NCBI GenBank assembly: GCA_024679065.1
Contig: JAGIQG010000040.1
Coordinates: forward strand, 9,300,001 to 9,364,000
DNA from: Sphyrna mokarran
Lineage: Eukaryota
Reading direction: 5' to 3'
DNA: 64,000 nt
Shown here: one piece after another, positions 58,730 to 64,000 of the stretch
Layout: every line of letters starts with the position of its first letter
Position numbering within the stretch: the stretch's first letter is position 1
Position numbers and translations under genes: made by a program
Notes under the pieces: generated by a model
The model's input: the letters and a program-made list of their open reading frames with translations, nothing else
Told to the model about the DNA's origin: nothing
Database searches by the model: none

Positions 58730-59029
58730 ATGGTATTTTAACGCTCTTGACTGAGCCACGGTGTCGAACCTCGCAATCAATATTGGGGCATTCTCCCACT
58801 AAGTCGCTAATGGTTAACTGGCTGCTTAGGGTGTAGGTTCCCATCGTGTTTCTCACTGACGGGTAAGTCTTAAACCCAGTAGTAATCGATTGCCCATTGT
58901 TCTTCCAGGTCAGTTTGGAGACATCCGAAGAGTAATCCATCGCCAAACATCCGTAGGTGACGGAGCCGTCGGAGTTCTGCTGCTGACAGGAGGACACCAG
59001 GCTGTAGAGAGTGGGTGGAGACGGTGTTG
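58730..59029 (-). CDS. IGHM: IgM heavy chain CH1
   Basis: ttctttcccag|CA...T|GTAAGT, 300 nt; TPSPPTLYSLVSSCQQ..YGCLAMDY..LTWK..KTYPSVRN..YTLSSQLTI..CEVRH, typical of shark C-mu1. Confidence 0.95.
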
Positions 59030-59554
59030 CTGGGAAAGAATAGCAGACTGAACATGTTAGACTCTTATTTTGCGTTTATTAAGTCAAACATTTTGTTACA
59101 AATATGTTTCCATATTAAATATAGCTCTAGGTGTTAAGGGGATCAAGGGATGTAGGTAGTAGTTGTGATCAGAATATTGATAAGTCATGATCAAAATGAA
59201 TAGCGAAGCGGTCTCAAAGGGATGAATGGCCTACTCCTACTTCTATTTTTGATATTTCTATCTCAAACATTGAATAGAATTATGAACTGATCCTAATAGT
59301 TCCTGATTCATTCTATATACACCTTTGAGACTCCGTTCGTTCTATCATTTGGGAATTACCATCTCTGTGGAATCTCATATCCCTGTCTCTCCCTCTATCA
59401 GATTAGGAAAAAACAACATTCTGATAGCCTCAAAATAACATACCATTCGTTGGATTAAGAGAGAAGAGCAAAGTTTTTCTCCATTATTGCAGCAACTATT
59501 TATTTCTCAAACACCAGCACTTTGTAATGAAGAAATTTTCTCTTCATTCATACC

Positions 59555-59680
59555 ATCCACTCACCTGATGAAGGAGCTCCAAAAGCTTGCAATTCCAAAT
59601 AAACCTGCTGGACTTTAACCTGATGTTGTGAGAATCCTTACTGTGCCCACATCAACATAACAATGACATCTCCACATTGT
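59555..59680 (+). mobile_element. Penelope-like pLTR fragment with hammerhead remnant
   Basis: CACCTGATGAAGGAGCTCCAAAAGCTTG...AAATAAACCTGCTGGACTTTAACCTG, homologous to 34771-34878. Confidence 0.7.
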
Positions 59681-60074
59681 AGTTTTGGAAATTGCCTGTG
59701 TTCAAGCTGACAGATGCCCATTCTTCTCTCCAACTCACTACCTCTCACTCTACAAAATGAAGATTAGTGACTTTGCTTCAAAAATACCTTCGGAATGAAT
59801 ACTTACTGAATGATCAGGAAACTCTAAATGTGATTACAAATTCAAATAAAATGCAACATTGACTAAATGAAGGATCATACATTAATAGCAAGAGTTGGCC
59901 ATTCGGGCCCTGAAGTCTCCTCCATCATTCACTGAGATTACAGATCATCACTGTGGTGCTAGCTCTAATCTGAACCTCTTCGTTTAGCCCATCGATCATT
60001 CACTCTCTGCCCATTTTCCCTGGCTTCTTGCCCTTTCCCCGGGTTCTCTGTCTTTCACGTGGCTCTTTTTTCAA

Positions 60075-61030
60075 TGAATGAGAGAGAGAATGTGAGTGCG
60101 TGAGGATGAGTGATTGAACGAGCAAGAATGGATGAGTGATGGTGTTTGAGTAACAGACAGTGGGTAAGTGAGGATAGGGAGTGAAATTCCATGATGAGGA
60201 TGACTGATTGAGAGTGAGTAAGTGTGGGTGAGGTAAGAGAGCATGAGTAAACAAGCGTGTGTGAGAGAGGCTGGGTCAGTGATGATGGCTTAATATGAGT
60301 GAGGGTGGGCGAGTGAGTGTGAGCGAGAATGAAAGATTGAGTGTGAGTAAATGAGGATGTATGATGGTTAGTGAAGATGGATGAGCGAGAGCCAGTGAGA
60401 CTGGATGAGTGAGGGTGGGTAAGTGGGGTGAGTGAGTGAGGGTGAGTGAATGGGGTGAGGGTGAGTGATTAGTGGGGTTGAGTGAATGAAGAGAGTGTGA
60501 ATGTTGGCGAGTGACTGAGGCTTTGAGTGGGAGATGTTTAGTGAATGAGGTTAAATGACTGATAATGCGTGTGGGTAGCTGAGAGATAGTGAGTTTCTGA
60601 GGGTGAGTGAGTGAGGGTGTGAGGGTGAGTGACTGAGGGTGAATGGAGATCAGTGAGTTTCTGAGGGTGAGTGCGTGAGGGTGAGGGTGAATGTGAGTGT
60701 GTGAGGGTGGATGAGTGAGCAAGGTTGACTGACTGAGTAAGCGTGAATGACGATGATCAAGAGAGAGTGAGTGACTGGGGATAAGTGAGGGTGAGTGAGG
60801 GGGATGAGTGAAGGTGAGGGAGTGGGGATGACTGAGTGGGGATGAGTGACTGTGGATGAGTGAGTGAGGGTGAGTGCATGAAGATGAGTGAGTGAAGGTG
60901 AGTGAGTGAAGGTGAGTGAGTGAGAATGTGTCGGCAAGGGAAGGAAGGTAAGTGAGGGTGAGTGAGTGAAGATCTTTGAATGAGAATGAGGTGATTGAGT
61001 AAGTGTGGGTGAGGGTGAGAGAGTCAGTGA
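60075..61030. repeat. GAGT/GTGA/GAGG low-complexity tract in the J-C intron
   Basis: ~950 nt strongly purine/G-skewed on the plus strand. Confidence 0.9.
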
Positions 61031-61599
61031 GCCTCCTCCTCCTCTCCATCGATCTTTTCCCGATTCTCTACATTGATCAGCTTTCAGTAACAGGGCTGTG
61101 TAAAGTCAGGAATCAGTGTAGATCACCGGGCAGCTGCTTTAATGTCGGTGCATTTCTTTAAGAAACACGGATCAGTGAACAAATAGACAGACTGAGGGAG
61201 CTGGAAGGGAAGCTTACAGCAAAACTAGGGTCACACAGGAATCAAACACCAAGTTTACATCAGTACTGGGGAGCCAGGCGGACTTAGTCTCAGACAAGTT
61301 CCTTCTTATTGATTGTGTCTTTGTGTCCGGTGCAACATATGGAAATTCCTACTTCTGACATCATGTTGGATGAAATGTCTCATTGATGAAGCGGTAGAAG
61401 ATTGTTCATCCCAGAACAATCCCCTGCCGAATTCCTGCAGTTGATACCTCAACTTAGATGTTTGACCTCCAACAACCAATACCATCTTGCTTTGTGCTAA
61501 ATATGACTCCAAACAGAGAAGAATTTCCCACTGTAACTTATTCAATTGAGTTTTACTCGAGCTCCTCGATCCCACCCTCAGTCAAATGTTATGGGGGGG

Positions 61600-61920
61600 G
61601 GAGGGAGTGGTGCAGTGACAGTGATTAGCGCTGCTGCATCACAGTTCAATTCCCTATATGGGTCATTGTGCGAGGAGTTAGCAAGTTCACCCCGTGTCTG
61701 CTTCGGTTTCCTTCGGGTACTCCTGTTTCCTTTCACAGGCCAAAGATGTGCGCGGTTCGGTGGATTGGTTGTGCTAAATTACCCCATTAGTTTCACAGAA
61801 CTAGTTAGATTAAACACATGCGGTTTTGGGAATAGGACTTTGGTGGGACTGCTGTTGGCGCAGACTCGATGTGTTGAATGGCCCCTTCTGCACTGTAGGA
61901 TGCTATGATTCTATTCTATG
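61600..61920 (+). mobile_element. tRNA-derived SINE (HE1-like)
   Basis: Degenerate A/B boxes, core, tail 'ctgcactgtaggatgctatgattctattctatg'. Confidence 0.75.
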
Positions 61921-64000
61921 AAGCCAAAGACAGTCACTCCGACATATGTGAGGTGGAAAGTGTGTGAGAGTGTGTTTGTGTGTATGTGCGTGTGCGCGCG
62001 TGTGTGAGTGAGTGAGTGAGTGAGTGAGAGGAGAGAAAGAGAGGTACGCTTGTGCAAGAAGAGTTCTGAGAGAGTGTGCGTGAATAAATGTGAGACAACA
62101 GTGTTCGTGACAGAGTGTGCGAAAGCGTGAGGCTGTGTTAATGTCTGTGCGTTTGCTGTAAGAAAGAATGTGTGTGGGAGTGTGCGTGTGAATGCTTTTG
62201 TGTATGAGGGTATGACAGAGTGATTGAAAGAGCGAGAGTTCGCCTCTATTTGTATTTGAAAGAGTGTGTGCAAACCGAGAGAGAAAGAGAATGTGTATTG
62301 TGTGAGAGAGATCATATCAGAGAGAAAGTAAGTGTGCGTATGTATCTGTGAGAGAATGCGAGACTGTGTATATGTGTAAGTCTCCGTCTGGCCGATTCAG
62401 TGTGGAAAAGCACACTCGCCACACATACTCACACTTTCACATAGTATGTGGGAGTGACAAATGAGCACAATATGACTGCGGGGCAAGGGTTGGAAAAACA
62501 TGTCAATCGTTCAGAAGTCAGAATTGAATAATTCCCTCTTCCCTCAAAGGCCGAAATTTGTAAAAACTCAAAAAATTTGGCACAATCCAGGGCAAAGTCA
62601 TCCACAAGATTACCCGCCCCCTCATTCACCCTATTCGCTCTCTCCATCACTAACAAGCAGTGTGTATTATATACAACATGCACTGCAGCAACTCACCGAG
62701 GCTCCATAGAATACACTGACCAAAGCCGCTGCCTTTACTGCCTAACAGGACCAACGCAGCAGCCACATATAAATGCTATCACCTGCGAGATCCTCTCCAA
62801 AACACACACCAACCTAACTGGAAACAATACCTCAATTCATTCATAGTCGTTGGAACTTCTTGCCAAACAACACGACGGATGCCTGCAGCATATGGACTGC
62901 AGTCGTTTAAGGATGCTTCATATCAGCACTTTCTGAAGGAATAATTAGGGAAGATTACATATTCTGGCCGAGAAGTGACTCTAAAATACCTTTAGAAGAT
63001 TAAAAATAAGATGCAAATGAACTTAACCCTTCAACTGTCATACTAAACAGCTCAGGCTTTGCTGTAGTACGGAGCACAATATAGAAAATCTCACTTTGCA
63101 TTTGCTCATCGAACATTCCTAAGGCCGGTACATCATTGCTTAAAAATCACCCAATTCTCTCTCTACAGTCTGACGGTTCTGCTCTCTCTGATGGTCATAA
63201 TATTCTTTAAGGACCTCATTTCTGAGATGCCGAGAGAAACATCAGGTCAAACTGTCACATTCGTCAGAGATACAAATGTATTGAAGAAATAAATCAAATT
63301 TCTTTCCCTGTAATTCAGGAGAAGGGACCAGAAGATTTACAGTCAGGCAGATTCTTGGTCCGAACATTATGTGCACAGAAACAGAACAGACACAAACGGC
63401 GCAACAGTCGAGTTCCCAGCAGGTTAATCTGTTCAATTTCATTTCGATTGTTAGATTTTCATTGATCAATGATCAAGTTACAACAACAAATATCAATAAC
63501 CTATTTTAAATTAAATTGATATCTAAATTAAACTGATATTCAAAACTCCATCCAACTTTTAATAATTTCTCTCTATCTGTGTCACTTCTCGAAAACCAAG
63601 TAAATTATAACTTCGCTGAAAATGAGCAAGCACAAATAACAGATTCAGGACAAAGCAGAGATGCAGTGACACAGTAACAGTTCAATATCCCTGACAGAGG
63701 TACAGTGACACAGTAACAGTTAATGTTAATAGTGTGAAAAGCACAACAGAACGATTAAAAGGGGATTGCTGCTAAATTATTAATATAGAATAATTTTAGG
63801 TGAATGTGGAGTTATATTAATAATTGCTTGATTTATATTAATTTAACTACTGAACTTGTTAATGAGAAGTCTGTGATTGCAGCAAAGACCAAGTGTCCGA
63901 ATGAGCGTTGTAAGTCATGATTTACTTGAATTTGCATGCATTAGTTAAAATTTATATTAAAAACTAACTTTTTATATTTATATCTACATAAAATCTAACT

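Noticed and set aside
60000-61049. His/Ser/Leu/Thr-rich ORFs
   Set aside because: Translations of the GAGT/GTGA repeat.
59030-64000. JH/DH segments or recombination signal sequences
   Set aside because: No WGxGT-encoding segment with a splice donor and no heptamer-spacer-nonamer found by eye; CACAGTA repeats at ~63670 and ~63710 lack a nonamer.

Overview
Vertebrate genomic DNA, almost certainly from a shark (elasmobranch), judged from the IgM exon sequences, HE1-type tRNA-derived SINEs and abundant CR1 and Penelope-like elements. From left to right: (1) 1-21.2 kb: four paralogous C2H2 zinc-finger gene units with no recognisable KRAB/SCAN/BTB domain. One is intact (12 fingers), three are decayed or truncated, and each has a CpG-rich promoter carrying NRF1 sites plus some of YY1, ZNF143-like and CCAAT motifs. 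(2) 24.0-27.7 kb: a 52-bp tandem satellite with higher-order structure, interrupted by a young CR1 LINE. (3) 27.7-33.5 kb: a ~3.2-kb tandemly duplicated tRNA cassette, Glu(-)/Val/Glu/Val. (4) 33.5-35.9 kb: a composite Penelope-like (GIY-YIG) element with hammerhead-ribozyme motifs. (5) 36.2-45.3 kb: an intact two-exon GPR139-like orphan GPCR on the minus strand, with a near full-length CR1 ORF2 in its intron. (6) 50.4-59.0 kb: a complete, splice-consistent IgM heavy-chain constant region on the minus strand (CH1-CH4 with secretory tail, TM1, TM2); V-D-J was not found and presumably lies beyond the right edge. Most notable: the IgM-GPCR tandem with an octamer between them, two families of minimal hammerhead ribozyme motifs, fold-back or stutter signatures at retroelement and duplication junctions, an AAC/CAC anticodon difference between duplicated tRNA-Val genes, a decayed N-terminal leader shared by the ZNF genes, and a phased CCAAT array behind the GPCR. 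All coordinates were read by eye and no database searches were run.
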